A stretch of DNA of 64,000 bases from an uncultured Chloroflexia bacterium (GCA_963774265.1 CAVZDU010000001.1:1120001-1184000); one strand, 5' to 3'; counted from the stretch's first letter, positions 9,994 through 21,140 are shown. The notes: generated by a model not told the origin, from the letters alone. Numbers and translations are program-made.

Positions 9994-11667
9994 TCACTGG
10001 GCGCTGCTTAGCTCGACATCCGCACCATCCTGGATGACGCTCAATGCGTGGCCCGAACGGCTTGTCACGTACACCCGGTTATTCGTCGTGTCGACCGCAA
10101 TCCCTTCCTCTGCGCCCGCGGGCACGGCGATCTCCGCCAGCAGCGCACCGTCTCCGGTCCTGTAGACCTTGACGCGATCGCCGCACGCCACGAACAGATG
10201 CCCCGTAGCCGCGTTGAGTGCCAGCACGTATGGCTCCTGGCCGATGGCGAGGGCATCCAGCACCATCCCGGAAGTCCCATCCAGCACCGTTACCGTATGG
10301 CTGGGCCCGCGGTTCGCCACATAGAGATGGTTCGTTGACTGCTCGTAAGCCAGGCCGTACGGTGCGGCGATGCCGTAGAAGTGGTCCGCGACCAATCCAT
10401 TCTGCAGCCGAACGATCTCGCCATTGCCGTGCATGGACGCGAAGAGTTCCTCACCGTCCGTGATGGCGAAGTGCGCAGGCTCGCGACCCACATACAGCGT
10501 GTTCTCCACCGCCAATGTGAGGGGGTCAAACACGGTGATGGTATCGTTGCCGAAGTTGGCGATGTAGCCATGGCCGTCGTGCACCGCAATGCCATTGGGC
10601 TGCAATCTGGCCGAAATCGACGTCACGCTCGCACCGGTTTCCGCGTTTACCACCCAGGCATTTTCCGTGTCCCGCAGCGTCACCGCGACTCGACCGGCTG
10701 CATCGATCAGCGCTACGCCATTGGGCGCGGTATCCTCGGCACCCAACGGGATCTGCGCCGCTATTGTAAGGGCGGGCAGCGCCTGCAATACGACCAACTG
10801 GCTCACCGTGCCCCCCTGCTGGGCCATGTACACCATCTGACCGCCTGGCTTCACCGCGACGCCGGCAGGGTACGCGTCCGAGGCGAGGTTGAGCGTCTGG
10901 CGCAGGTAGGGCTGTGCCGGGGGCGCACCTGCGGGGCAGATCGTCAGGGACGCGTCATCGATGAAGGTGCGGCTGATGCCGCCCGTCCCGTTGTTGTACG
11001 TGCCGAACTGGAAGCGCATCTGGCGTCCGGCATATCGGCTGATGTCGATCACTGTTTTCCGGAACGCATGCACGTCGGCCCGCTCCACCAGAAGCCAGTC
11101 GATTTTATCATCCTCGTACACGCCGATCGTGTAGAAGAAATCGACTGCGAAGGCTGCATTCTGCAACTCGGTCAGTGTGCTCGGCAGCGAGGCGCGGTCG
11201 GGCAGCGCAGATGCGGCAGCGGCTGCGTCTCCATAGGCGTTGTAGTGCCAGAATGAGAATGTTGCGTATCCCGGCGCGTTTGAAGCAAGGGATTCGGGGA
11301 AGTCGATGATCTGCTGCACCGGAGAGTAGCTCTTGATGTTGGCGCCACCCCAGGGGATGCCGGTTCGCATGCTCTGCAGGCCGCCGTGGACCGCGACGGT
11401 GACGTAAGCCGCGAGGACCGGATTCGGACGGATCTCCCAGCCGGTGTCACCCTCAAAGTCGCCGTTGGTGAAACCCTCATAGCATGCGGGCGGTGGGGGA
11501 GCAGGATAGTCGCTCAGGATCAGTGGTAGATAGATGTGAGTCAACGCTACGCCGGGATCGAGCTGCGGGGCAGCTGCCAGACCCGGGGTGATTGCTGCGA
11601 AGAGGACGACCATCGAGACGAACACGGCGAGGAATCGCGAAAACGTGCTTGTGCGGTCCATGTTCAC
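9994..11667 (-). CDS. Secreted protein with a carbohydrate-binding-like domain and a YncE/YVTN beta-propeller
   Basis: Signal peptide; HIYLPLI motif; NGDFE...W domain start; repeated P.G(V/I)A blades with YIAN/YVAN/VYVT. Confidence 0.75.
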   Translation of the reverse strand: MNMDRTSTFSRFLAVFVSMVVLFAAITPGLAAAPQLDPGVALTHIYLPLILSDYPAPPPPACYEGFTNGDFEGDTGWEIRPNPVLAAYVTVAVHGGLQSMRTGIPWGGANIKSYSPVQQIIDFPESLASNAPGYATFSFWHYNAYGDAAAAASALPDRASLPSTLTELQNAAFAVDFFYTIGVYEDDKIDWLLVERADVHAFRKTVIDISRYAGRQMRFQFGTYNNGTGGISRTFIDDASLTICPAGAPPAQPYLRQTLNLASDAYPAGVAVKPGGQMVYMAQQGGTVSQLVVLQALPALTIAAQIPLGAEDTAPNGVALIDAAGRVAVTLRDTENAWVVNAETGASVTSISARLQPNGIAVHDGHGYIANFGNDTITVFDPLTLAVENTLYVGREPAHFAITDGEELFASMHGNGEIVRLQNGLVADHFYGIAAPYGLAYEQSTNHLYVANRGPSHTVTVLDGTSGMVLDALAIGQEPYVLALNAATGHLFVACGDRVKVYRTGDGALLAEIAVPAGAEEGIAVDTTNNRVYVTSRSGHALSVIQDGADVELSSAQ

Positions 11668-11779
11668 ACCCTCCTTTAGCCCACGCGTCGGCGGAATCGA
11701 ACCAGGAAAACTGCAGGACGATCGCGAATACTATACAAGGATTGTCATGGAAGCGGGTTCCGGTTGATGTCGCTTCGAA

Positions 11780-12184
11780 TCACCGTTCCCCAACCAGGAA
11801 CGTCGGATCGACCGGCACCTGCATCCCCGTGGCCAGTGCGTTCGTCTGGGATGCCATGCCCACCACCGCCATCAGCTCTTCGTACTGCTCCGCGGTCATC
11901 CCCTTGGCCTTGGCCGATGCGGTGTGTGAGTGGACGCAGTACTCGCAGCCGTTGGCGATCGAAACCGCAACATAGATCATCTCCTTGGTCAGTGGATCCA
12001 ACGCGCCCGGCCGCATCACCTCACGCAGCGTCTCCCACGTGCGCTTCAGCAGCTCGGGGTGGTTGGCCAATGCTTTCCAGAAGTTGTTGACATCGGGAAC
12101 ATTGCGGGTTGCCATGATGTCATCGAATACTGCCCGCACCGCGGGTGAAGCCGCGTCGTAGTCGATCAAGGATACGGTTGCCAT
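11780..12184 (-). CDS. AhpD/carboxymuconolactone decarboxylase family protein
   Basis: KEMIYVAVSIANGCEYCVHSH: CxxC..H AhpD-like motif. Confidence 0.85.
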   Translation of the reverse strand: MATVSLIDYDAASPAVRAVFDDIMATRNVPDVNNFWKALANHPELLKRTWETLREVMRPGALDPLTKEMIYVAVSIANGCEYCVHSHTASAKAKGMTAEQYEELMAVVGMASQTNALATGMQVPVDPTFLVGER

Positions 12185-12269
12185 CTGCCCCTCCAGTGGT
12201 CAGGGATGACGAAGCATGGCATTTGCGGGGCGCGCACGCAATGCGCGCGGAGGGCAAGATGCCAGGCCG

Positions 12270-13811
12270 TTAACGCGTCCAGTGAGGGGATCCATCGGAG
12301 CCCGGTGCGACGAGCAGCGGACTCAGCGCCCCGTCGGACACGCGCACACCCCAGAGATCGCTTTCGTCCCCGCGATCCGCCAGCCCGCTCTTGTTGCCGT
12401 CCACCCAGCGGCTGAACACGAGCCACTTGCCGTCCGGCGACCACGCCGGGTTGGACGCGAGCTGGCCTTTCGTGAGCGGGCGAACGCGGCTCTCGCCATT
12501 CGGGGCGACGAACCAGATATCGCCGTAAGGGTCCTCGCTAGCCTTCCGCAGGACGAAGGCGATCGACTTGCCATCAGGCGACCATACGGGCTGGTTTTCA
12601 TCGCTTGTAGATGCAGCCACCGCCCGCTGGTTCGTCCCGTCACTGTTCATGATCCAGATATCCATATTCCCATTCTGACCAGAGGAGAACGCGATGTATT
12701 TCCCGTCCGGCGACCAGGTGGGCCATTCGTCGCGGCTCTTGTTGCGCGTCAACCGGCTTGGGCGACCGCCGCCCAAATCAGCCGTAAAGATTTCCGAGTT
12801 CGCGACGCCATCCGTCTCGTCGGTCGAGACGAATGCCAGGCGCTTGCCGTCGGGCGCCCACGCGGGATATTCATCCCAGGCGCCCAGCGAGATCTTTCGA
12901 ACGCGGTTGCCTCCGGTCGCGGTCATCGTCCAGATATCGAAAAGCTCGCCCCCGCCACCGGAGTTGGACGAAAACGCAATCTCAGCGCCGTTTGGCGCCC
13001 AGCGAGGAATATGGTTTTCGCTCTCCTTTGTGAGGCGCACTAGTTGGCCGTTTTGCAGGTTGTAGGTGTAAATGTCGCCCCGCGTGTCCTTCCCGGAGCG
13101 GGTGAAGACCAGGCGGCCCGTATGTTGCGGGGGCGTACTCGTTGCCGTCGGCCGCTGTGTGGGTGACGCCGTCCCCGTCGGGGAGGCTGTCGCACTTGCA
13201 GTCGGCTGTTGGGTGAGGGTTGGCGTCGCCGTTGGTTGATCCGCAGGGGGCAACGTCCCCGTCGCGGTTGCGCTTGGTGGAGCAGCAGGCGGCGTGGTCG
13301 CAGAAGGTGGGACCGTGAGCGTCGGTGACGGTTGTATGACCATCTCACCCTTGCTGGTCGGTGAGGGGGACACCAGGGCTGTTCGCCCCTGATCATCCCC
13401 CCCGCCGGTGAGCCTGGGGAGAAGCACGGCTAAGATGCCAACGACGATGATGGCTCCTGCGATCCATAGATACGGAGGCTTGCGCGACGCACGGCCGTCG
13501 CGCTGGGGTTCAATCGCCGGGCTAACAGGCTCGAGCGTCTCTGGCACGGAGGGCTTTGGAGGGAGCCGGTTGGGCCCGGGTCTGGGTTCCGCAGGCGCGG
13601 CGGCGGTGGCCGGCGGCGTCCCCGGCGTCCAATTCTCGCCGTCGTGATAGTACCATTGCCCTGTTTCGTACCCGATGCTCCACCAACGGCCCTGGTCATC
13701 TTCGACCATGAATTGCGTAACGCGACTCCGAAGCTCCTCTTCCGAGAGCTGTCCGGCATCAAACTGCGCCTTAAGCCTCCGGTATTCGGCCTCTGCCTGC
13801 TGGAAATCCAT
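12270..13811 (-). CDS. Single-pass membrane protein: N-terminal Trp-rich cytoplasmic domain, Pro/Thr linker, TolB-like (PD40) beta-propeller
   Basis: ATG at 13811 after GGAGG; TM segment LWIAGAIIVVGILAVLL; five PxW(S/A)P(D/N)G..(I/L)xF repeats. Confidence 0.8.
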   Translation of the reverse strand: MDFQQAEAEYRRLKAQFDAGQLSEEELRSRVTQFMVEDDQGRWWSIGYETGQWYYHDGENWTPGTPPATAAAPAEPRPGPNRLPPKPSVPETLEPVSPAIEPQRDGRASRKPPYLWIAGAIIVVGILAVLLPRLTGGGDDQGRTALVSPSPTSKGEMVIQPSPTLTVPPSATTPPAAPPSATATGTLPPADQPTATPTLTQQPTASATASPTGTASPTQRPTATSTPPQHTGRLVFTRSGKDTRGDIYTYNLQNGQLVRLTKESENHIPRWAPNGAEIAFSSNSGGGGELFDIWTMTATGGNRVRKISLGAWDEYPAWAPDGKRLAFVSTDETDGVANSEIFTADLGGGRPSRLTRNKSRDEWPTWSPDGKYIAFSSGQNGNMDIWIMNSDGTNQRAVAASTSDENQPVWSPDGKSIAFVLRKASEDPYGDIWFVAPNGESRVRPLTKGQLASNPAWSPDGKWLVFSRWVDGNKSGLADRGDESDLWGVRVSDGALSPLLVAPGSDGSPHWTR

Positions 13812-13833
13812 GCTGAGCCTCCCAGAGGGTGCG

Positions 13834-15849
13834 CTACTTCGGCGGGTCGGTCGGCTTCGGACGCGTTCGCGGTGGCGGCGCCATACTCGCAATCTCTTTG
13901 CGCCTGAGAGCAGCGCCGAGCAGATCGGATGCCTGGCCGCGTGTGGGGTGATTTGCATCGGGACGCATTGTCAGCAGCGAACGGAGGGAACGACAAGCCT
14001 CGTCCCAGTGCCCTGCATCGAGGGCGGCCAGGCTGATGGCCCAAAGCTGAGCTACCTGCTGCTCGGCCAAGGCGCGCCGCGCACGTTCCAGCAAGCCAGT
14101 GGTTGCCTCGTAGTTCGGCTGTCGGTGCTGTATGTTTTGGAGTTGGGTGATCGCTTCTGCCCACTTCGCATCATCGAGCAGCCGGACGGCTTCTGCATAG
14201 AGCTGCGCGACCTCTCGATCGCGCTCCGTGGCTTCGATATGCTCGCAGGCAGCGGCAAGCAATCCATCGGGATCCCCGTAGTTCGGATCGATCGTTCGGA
14301 TGCTGTCGAAGACCCTGATGAGCGGGCGCCACTTGCCCGCAGCCGCAAGCAGGCGGGCCTCCTGCCCCAGATCGGCGAGGGCATCCTGGCGCCGGGCAAC
14401 CTCCAGCAGTGCAGCCGCATCCCGATACTGCGGCGCCAGTCCGATGAGTTCGGCCAGGCGGCGCGAAGCATCGCCCCAGTCACGGTTCGCCAATGCGTCG
14501 GCGCCGGAGCGGTAAAGCTCGGCCAGCCTGGCTTCTTTCTGTGCCTGGGTCAGGCGTGCTGCTGCTTCCCGGTAACCCGGATCCTCAGCGACGATCTGGC
14601 CGAGGAGCGCACACGCTTCATCCCACTGGTCGCTGTAAAAGGCGGCCAGGGCCTGCGTGTAGGCTCGTTCGCGGTGCGCTCCGGCCTCGGGGTCAGTGCG
14701 AGCAGGGGGAATCGGTGCGGGTTCGGTGCGCGTTTGAGGCGGTGTTTCCAATGCCTCCACATCGAATATTCGGCCATCCTCGCAACGCATGTAAAGGACG
14801 GGCGTGCCCCACTCCAGTTCATTCTCCCCCGCGAAAACCGCCCTCCGCGCCTCGGCGAGGGCCGCGTCGACCGGGTAACGCCGCGCCAGCGTGTCGTAGA
14901 ATTCGTGCGAGAAGGCGATGGCCGCACTATCGGATATCTCGAATTGCATCGCGATGACCGCCGGAATGCCCTGCTGCAGCAAGCTCTGCGCGGCGCCGGC
15001 AAAGGGGTCGATACGTCCGGCGCGCGCTCCCTCGCAGGCATTCAGGACGATCAGGCGCAGAGAGCGATGATCGGCCAGCAGCATGCCGAGATCCTGTCCG
15101 CTCACAATCCGTCCCCGCCGGTTTTCGTCTTCGAGGACCAGGGCGCCATCCTGGGCAGCGTCATCAAAGCCCGCGTGGCCGATGAAATGGAAGATGTGGT
15201 ACTCTCGATCCTTCAACTGGCGCTGCAGCCGCAACAGTGAGGCGACTTCCAGTCGCTCCACCGTCACCAGGCCCGCCCCCTGAACGTCAGCGAGCGCGTT
15301 GGAAAGCTGGGACCATTCCCGCTCCACATCCAGGGGTGGGTAGTCGGTGGGGCTCGCGATCATGACCAGTGCGCGCAGGGGCGGCTTAACGGCCAGGGGA
15401 CGTGAGGCATCGGGAAGCTCGAGGAAGCGGACGACGGGTGTTTCCTTCGAGAGGCACAAAAAGCGATTGAGCGCTCCGTCGTAAAGAAACTCCCACGGGA
15501 TGTCGCACAGTTCTGGTGCGTCGGTGAGGCGGAGGCGGAGGCGCAGCCCTGCGTTGCGGCGGCGCACCTCTGAGAGGCTTGCGGATAGGGTGTTTCGGAT
15601 GGCGCCGCTGAACACCGTTTCAAAAAGCTGCCCGCCGAAGAGTTTGGCGGTTTGCGTTTCGGACGATTCCAGGCGCCGCATACGTCGTCGGGCGTGGCCC
15701 ATGCGGAGGAGGAAGTTTTCCAGTTCCAGATCGGAGAAGGGCAAGGAGAATTCGCTCGAAGCCTGGCCGCCGGGCGAGTCCAACACGCGTGCGCGATAGC
15801 GTCCGGCGCCCTTCGGCTCGATCTGCAGGTCGAAATCGACGTAATCCAC
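13834..15849 (-). CDS. CHAT-domain (caspase-like) protease with C-terminal TPR-like repeats
   Basis: GTG start after AGGAG; LRLRL..PWEFL; His motif HIFHFIGHA; Cys motif VLNACEG; PAVIAMQF; EWGTPVLY; five helical repeats of about 49 aa. Confidence 0.88.
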   Translation of the reverse strand: MDYVDFDLQIEPKGAGRYRARVLDSPGGQASSEFSLPFSDLELENFLLRMGHARRRMRRLESSETQTAKLFGGQLFETVFSGAIRNTLSASLSEVRRRNAGLRLRLRLTDAPELCDIPWEFLYDGALNRFLCLSKETPVVRFLELPDASRPLAVKPPLRALVMIASPTDYPPLDVEREWSQLSNALADVQGAGLVTVERLEVASLLRLQRQLKDREYHIFHFIGHAGFDDAAQDGALVLEDENRRGRIVSGQDLGMLLADHRSLRLIVLNACEGARAGRIDPFAGAAQSLLQQGIPAVIAMQFEISDSAAIAFSHEFYDTLARRYPVDAALAEARRAVFAGENELEWGTPVLYMRCEDGRIFDVEALETPPQTRTEPAPIPPARTDPEAGAHRERAYTQALAAFYSDQWDEACALLGQIVAEDPGYREAAARLTQAQKEARLAELYRSGADALANRDWGDASRRLAELIGLAPQYRDAAALLEVARRQDALADLGQEARLLAAAGKWRPLIRVFDSIRTIDPNYGDPDGLLAAACEHIEATERDREVAQLYAEAVRLLDDAKWAEAITQLQNIQHRQPNYEATTGLLERARRALAEQQVAQLWAISLAALDAGHWDEACRSLRSLLTMRPDANHPTRGQASDLLGAALRRKEIASMAPPPRTRPKPTDPPK

Positions 15850-15972
15850 CGCGCGGCTCCTATCAGCACGGTGTTCGTACTGACATTGCACAGTATAGCG
15901 CGATGGGATCGCAGTGTCAATTGCCCTTCGTGAATCCGCGAATCGGGTTGGGGTGTCTGACAGCCATCATAA

Positions 15973-16001
15973 TTGACACTCGCTCGCAGACGTCGTATGA
16001 T
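15973..16001 (+). promoter_or_regulatory. Sigma70-type promoter of the ABC importer operon
   Basis: TTGACA-N17-TATGAT. Confidence 0.7.
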
Positions 16002-16149
16002 AAAGCCGTTCCATCCATTGCACATTGATATTCACTTCCGCACTTCCTGCCCTGATTGCGATCGGTTGATGTCGCTCACCGCTGAGTTGATTGGGCGACG
16101 CCTGTTTTGTCGTCGGACCGTACGTCATCCAAGTTTACCGGGAGGAAAA

Positions 16150-17349
16150 ATGTCCAAGCTCCGTTTCTACGCCGTCGTTGTCCTGCTGCTCGTCGTTGCA
16201 AGCCTTGCCGGCTGTGCACCGGCCGCAGCACCCACCCAGGCGCCGGCTGCGGCGCCCACTGCCGCACCTGCCCAACCCGCGGCGCCTACTGCTGCGCCGG
16301 CGGCGCCGGCTGCACCCGCAGACCCACTTGCGGATCTCATCAAGGCCGCCAAGGCCGAAGGCATGCTGACCACCATCGCCCTGCCGCACGACTGGTGCAA
16401 CTACGGCGAAGCCATCGACAGCTTCAAGGCCAAGTACGGCCTGCAGGTCAACGAGCTGAACCCTGATGGCGGCTCCGGTGACGAAATCGAAGCCATCAAG
16501 GCCAACAAGGACAACAAAGGCCCGCAGGCGCCCGACGTGATCGACGTCGGCTACAGCTTCGGCCCGCAGATCGATCGCCGAGAAGCTGGTTCAGCCGTAC
16601 AAGGTGTCCACCTGGGACACCATCCCGGCCGATACGAAAGACGCCGACGGCAACTGGTACGGTGACTACTACGGCGTCCTGGCCTTCGAAGTCAACAAGG
16701 ATGTCGGTCAAGAACGTGCCGCAGGACTGGGCCGACCTGCTGAAGCCGGAATACAAGGGCCAGGTGGCGCTCTCCGGCGACCCGCGCGCCTCCACCCAGG
16801 CGCAGATGAGCGTCTATGCCGCCGCCCTGGCCAACGGCGGCTCGCTGGATAACATGCAGCCCGGCCTGGATTTCTTCAAGAAGCTGAACGAGGCGGGCAA
16901 CTTCGTCCCCGTGATCGCCAAGCAGGCGACCGTCGCCAAGGGCGAGACCCCCGTGATCACTGCGCTGGGACTACAACGCCCTGGCCGACAAGACCACGCT
17001 GGCCGGCAACCCCAACATCGAGGTGGTGATTCCCAAGACGGGCGTCATCGCCGGCGTTTACATCCAGGCCATCAGCGCCTACGCACCGCACCCCAATGCC
17101 GCCAAGCTGTGGATGGAGTACCTTTACTCGGATGAGGGCCAGTTGGTCTGGCTGAAGGGCGACTGCCACCCGATCCGCTACAACGACATGGTGAAGCGCG
17201 AACGTCATCCCGGCCGATCTGGCTGCCAAGCTGCCCCCGGCCGATGCCTACGCCAAGGCCGTCTTCCCGACCCTGGCTCAGATCAATGCCGCGGCAAGAA
17301 AGCCATCGCGACTAACTGGGACAAGGTCGTCGGCGCCGATGTCAAGTAG
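16150..17349 (+). CDS. ABC transporter substrate-binding lipoprotein (PotD/AfuA-like), frameshifted
   Basis: Lipobox LAGC, Ala/Pro linker, ALPHDWCNYG, PDVIDVG, PHPNAAKLWMEYLYSDEGQ. Split across several frames. Confidence 0.8.
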
Positions 17350-17358
17350 CGCCAGCCT

Positions 17359-18276
17359 GTGGCGAGCACGCTGCAACCCACACCGACACCACCGCGGGGC
17401 GCGCCGAAGGCGCGCCCCGCGCTTCATGACCTGGGACTGGCTTGGCGTCGCGCCCTTCTTCCTGTTCGCCATCCTCTTCCTGTTCCTGCCCTCGCTGTCG
17501 CTGTTCATCGGCAGCTTCCAGGACAACCAGGGACAACTTCACCCTGGCCAACATCGCCGGGCTGTTCACCCCGTCCATCCTCAGCGCGTACTGGATCACC
17601 ATCCGCATCAGCGCTGTTCACCGCGGTCGGCGGCGGGCTGTTCGGTTTCTCCTTGGCCTATGCCGCCATCCTGGCGGGCCTGCCGCGCTGGGTGACGCGA
17701 CGGCCATGGCGACCTTCTCGCGGCGTGGCCTCCAACTTCGCCGGGGTGCCGCTGGCGTTTGCTTTCATCGCCACCCTGGGCCGGTTGGGGCTGGTGACAG
17801 TGTTGCTGAAGAATGTCTTCGGCTTCAACCTGTACGATCAGCGGCTTCAACCTGTACAGCTTTTGGGGGCTGAGCGTCACCTACCTGTATTTCCAATTCC
17901 CGTTGATGGTGCTGATCATCACCCCGGCGCTGGAGGGACTCCAGCCGCGAGTGGCGCGAGGCTGCCGAAAACCTGGGCGCCACCACGCTGGCAGTACTGG
18001 CGCCATGTGGCGCTGCCGATGCTGATGCCGTCGCTGCTCGGCACGATGATCCTGCTGTTCGGCAATGCCTTCGGCGCGTACGCCACCGCCCTGTCGTTGA
18101 CCGGCGGGATGATCAACCTGGTGACGATCCTGATCGGCTCGCAGATCAAAGGGGATGTGCTGCACAACTCGGGCCTGGGCTATGCCCTGGCGCTTGGCAT
18201 GGTCGTGGTGATGGCAATCTCGATGGCTATCTATTACGTGCTGCGCCGCCGCAGCGAAAGGTGGCTGCGCACATGA
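17359..18276 (+). CDS. ABC importer permease 1 (PotB-like), frameshifted
   Basis: ASNFAGVPLAFAF; EAA loop (WREAAENLGA across a frame break); YWRHVALP. Confidence 0.75.
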   Translation: MASTLQPTPTPPRGAPKARPALHDLGLAWRRALLPVRHPLPVPALAVAVHRQLPGQPGTTSPWPTSPGCSPRPSSARTGSPSASALFTAVGGGLFGFSLAYAAILAGLPRWVTRRPWRPSRGVASNFAGVPLAFAFIATLGRLGLVTVLLKNVFGFNLYDQRLQPVQLLGAERHLPVFPIPVDGADHHPGAGGTPAASGARLPKTWAPPRWQYWRHVALPMLMPSLLGTMILLFGNAFGAYATALSLTGGMINLVTILIGSQIKGDVLHNSGLGYALALGMVVVMAISMAIYYVLRRRSERWLRT

Positions 18277-19080
18277 AGCGCAACACGTTCTGGGGCTGGT
18301 TCTGGACCTTCCTGGGCGTTCTCTACTTCTTCCTGCCGCTCTGATGCCACCTTGGACTTCTCGCTGCGCGCCAGGAAAGGACAGCTCAGCCGTGCTGGCT
18401 TACGAGCGCGTGCTGGCCGACCCGCAATTCAGGCGAGACCTTCGCTGTTCTCGCTGGGCATGGCCGTGCTGACCATCCTGGTCAGCCTCGTTCTGATCGT
18501 CCCAACCGCTTACTGGATCCGCCTGCGCCTGCCGCAAGCTGCGGCCGGTGGTCGAGTTCATCACCATGATGCCGTTTGTGATGCCCGCCATCGTGCTGGT
18601 CTTTGGGCTGATCCGGGTTTACAGCGGGGGCTTCCTGCCGCTGACCAACTTCCGCGGCCGGTACCAATGCCCTGCTGGTGGCTGCCTACGTGGTCCTGGC
18701 GCTGCCGTACATGTATCGGGCGGTGGACACGGGCCTGGCGGCCATCGACGTGCGCACCCTGACTGAGGCGGCCCAAAGCCTGGGCGCCGGCTGGGGCACG
18801 ATCCTGTTCCGCGTGATCTTCCCCAACCTGCGCGTCGGCGCTGCTGAGCGGCGCGTTCCTGACCCTCGCCACCGTCATCGGCGAGTTTACCATCGCCAGC
18901 TTCCTGGTGGGCATCCACGCGTTCGGACCATACATGTCGCTGGTCGGACAGAATAAGACCTACGAATCGTCCGCCCTGGCGATCATCAGCTTTGCGCTGA
19001 CCTGGGCCTTCATGGGCCTGATTCAATTGATCGGACGCGGCCAGCCGGGCCAGCGCCAGCAACTTGTGGGGGCAAGGTGA
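18273..19080 (+). CDS. ABC importer permease 2 (PotC-like), frameshifted
   Basis: ATG overlaps the upstream TGA; LTEAAQSLGAG EAA motif; GEFTIAS. Confidence 0.75.
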
Positions 19081-19084
19081 CACG

Positions 19085-20143
19085 ATGGGATTTCTAACCC
19101 TGACCAACATCTCCAAGACGTTCGGCAATAGCGTCGCGGTGCACGATTTCAACCTCGATGTCGAGCGGGGCGAGTTCGTCTCCTTCCTGGGACCGAGCGG
19201 CTGCGGCAAGACGACCACGCTGCGGATGATCGCCGGTTTCGAGTCGCCGACCACCGGGACCATCGTCGTCAATGGCGCAGACATCACCTACCGGCCGCCC
19301 AACCAGCGCAATGTGGGCATGGTTTTTCAATCTTATGCACTCTTCCCCAACATGACGGTGGCCGGCAACATCGGTTTCGGGCTCAAGATCGCGCAAGACG
19401 CCCCAGGCCGAGATCGACCGCACCGTGGCCGAGATGCTGGACGTGATCCACCTGCCCGAGATGGGCAACCGCTATCCCCTATCAGCTGTCGGGCGGCCAG
19501 CAGCAGCGCGTGGCCCTGGCGCGCGCGCTGGCGATCCATCCGCAGGTGTTGCTGCTCGACGAGCCGCTCTCGGCATTGGACGCCAAGATCCGGGTCGAGC
19601 TGCGAACAGAGATCCGCCGCATCCAGCAGGCAGCTGGGCATCACCACCATCTACGTCACGCACGACCAGGAGGAGGCGCTTTCGCTGTCCGATCGCATCG
19701 TCGTGATGAATGCGGGCCGGGTCGAGCAGGTGGGAGGGCCCTTCCAGATCTACAACTACCCCGCCACACCCTTCGTTGCATCGTTCGTGGGCACGCTGAA
19801 TATCATTCAAGCGATCGTGCGCGACCCTGCGGAAGGCATCTTCGAGGTGGACCGTCAGACATTCCGCGCGGGCCGCGTGAAGGACGGCCTGGTAGCGGGT
19901 CAGGAAGTCAAGCTGGCCATCCGGCCGGAGATCATCAGCATGGACCCGGAGCCGGGGGCCAACAAGCTGAGCGGACAGGTTGAGAGCGTGGTCTTTCTCG
20001 GCTCCATCGTCCGCACGCGGCTCAATTTGGGCGCCAACAACCTCTTTTTCGACACCTTCAGTCATCCCCGGCTGGTCTTGCCTCAGGTGGGCGAGACGAT
20101 CACCGTTGGATTCCCGGCGGAGGCTTGCCTGCTCCAGGCTTAG
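19085..20143 (+). CDS. ABC importer ATP-binding protein (PotA-like, TOBE domain), frameshifted
   Basis: [45 protein letters not shown]. Confidence 0.85.
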   Translation: MGFLTLTNISKTFGNSVAVHDFNLDVERGEFVSFLGPSGCGKTTTLRMIAGFESPTTGTIVVNGADITYRPPNQRNVGMVFQSYALFPNMTVAGNIGFGLKIAQDAPGRDRPHRGRDAGRDPPARDGQPLSPISCRAASSSAWPWRARWRSIRRCCCSTSRSRHWTPRSGSSCEQRSAASSRQLGITTIYVTHDQEEALSLSDRIVVMNAGRVEQVGGPFQIYNYPATPFVASFVGTLNIIQAIVRDPAEGIFEVDRQTFRAGRVKDGLVAGQEVKLAIRPEIISMDPEPGANKLSGQVESVVFLGSIVRTRLNLGANNLFFDTFSHPRLVLPQVGETITVGFPAEACLLQA

Positions 20144-20229
20144 TGGCACCCAGGGGCAAATGCACTGGAACCACTTCACGCGTTACCTCGTCTGTAATTC
20201 AGCGTCAATTGAGTTGCAGGAGGGGTGCA

Positions 20230-20910
20230 ATGCGTTCACGAAGATTTGGTCTGTTTGCCTTGTTCGCCGCAGCGATCATCGTTCTCAGCTCGGGCACACC
20301 GCTTATGGCGGCCGGTTTCGCATCCGAGGCCGCCGATGAGTCGCACGCCGCGACCGTCTACACCGTACGGCAAGGCGATACGCTCAACAAAATCGCGATC
20401 CGCTTCGGCGTGACTGTCGGCGCCATCGTACGCGCTAATCCACAGATCACTAACCCTAACCGCATCTACGTCAATCAGCGGATCAACATCCCGTCCGCCG
20501 GTTCGCAGCCGCCTGCGGGCATGCAGCGGATCAATATCTACATGATCGGCCTGGAGGGTGGAACCGTGGGGTGTGGCGACCAGGTCGTCGCGGTGCGGCG
20601 CGATATCCCGAAGACGCCTGCACCACTGACGGCCGCACTGAACCTGCAGCTGGCCCAGAAGAGCCAGTACTACGGCGAGTCGGGACTGTACAACGCGCTT
20701 TACCAGTCCAACCTGCGGATTGCGAGCATCAGCCGGAACGGGACAGCGTGGACCATCCGCCTGACCGGGAGCCTGGTTCTCGGCGGCGTCTGCGACGGCC
20801 CGCGAGTCAAGGCGCAACTGGAGCAGACCGCTTTGCAATTCAGCACCGTCAAGAGCGTCCAGTACTATGTTAACGGGAAGACGCTCGAGAGCCTGATCTC
20901 CGGCAAGTAA
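20230..20910 (+). CDS. Secreted LysM plus GerMN-like domain protein
   Basis: Signal peptide; YTVRQGDTLNKIA...NP.I.NPNRIYVNQRINIP LysM; C-terminal GGVCD...QLEQTALQFSTVKSV GerMN-like region. Confidence 0.8.
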   Translation: MRSRRFGLFALFAAAIIVLSSGTPLMAAGFASEAADESHAATVYTVRQGDTLNKIAIRFGVTVGAIVRANPQITNPNRIYVNQRINIPSAGSQPPAGMQRINIYMIGLEGGTVGCGDQVVAVRRDIPKTPAPLTAALNLQLAQKSQYYGESGLYNALYQSNLRIASISRNGTAWTIRLTGSLVLGGVCDGPRVKAQLEQTALQFSTVKSVQYYVNGKTLESLISGK

Positions 20911-20993
20911 ACTGGCAGGTACTTGTCGTTCCGATTTGCGTAGTCACGCGCTTCATGGCACACTGTATGCGTTATTTAGTGGAGGTTACACGC

Positions 20994-21017
20994 ATGACAG
21001 ACAGGATCGCAGCCTAA
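20994..21017 (+). promoter_or_regulatory. Putative leader peptide uORF (MTDRIAA) of the ABC-F attenuator
   Basis: GGAGG RBS at 20981-20985, then ATG ACA GAC AGG ATC GCA GCC TAA. Confidence 0.6.
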
Positions 21018-21140
21018 AGAGTCTCACCCCGCTTCTCCCTTTGAGGAGAAACCACCTCGCGCGTGGTCCACGCTGCGAGGGCGATGGCGGGGCGCGCGCC
21101 TGCTGTGATCATGTCGCCCATATATTCTGAGAGCGTCTTC

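Noticed and set aside
16005-16149. Riboswitch in the roughly 140-nt leader of the ABC importer
   Set aside because: No TPP, cobalamin, SAM or other recognisable consensus, and no terminator.
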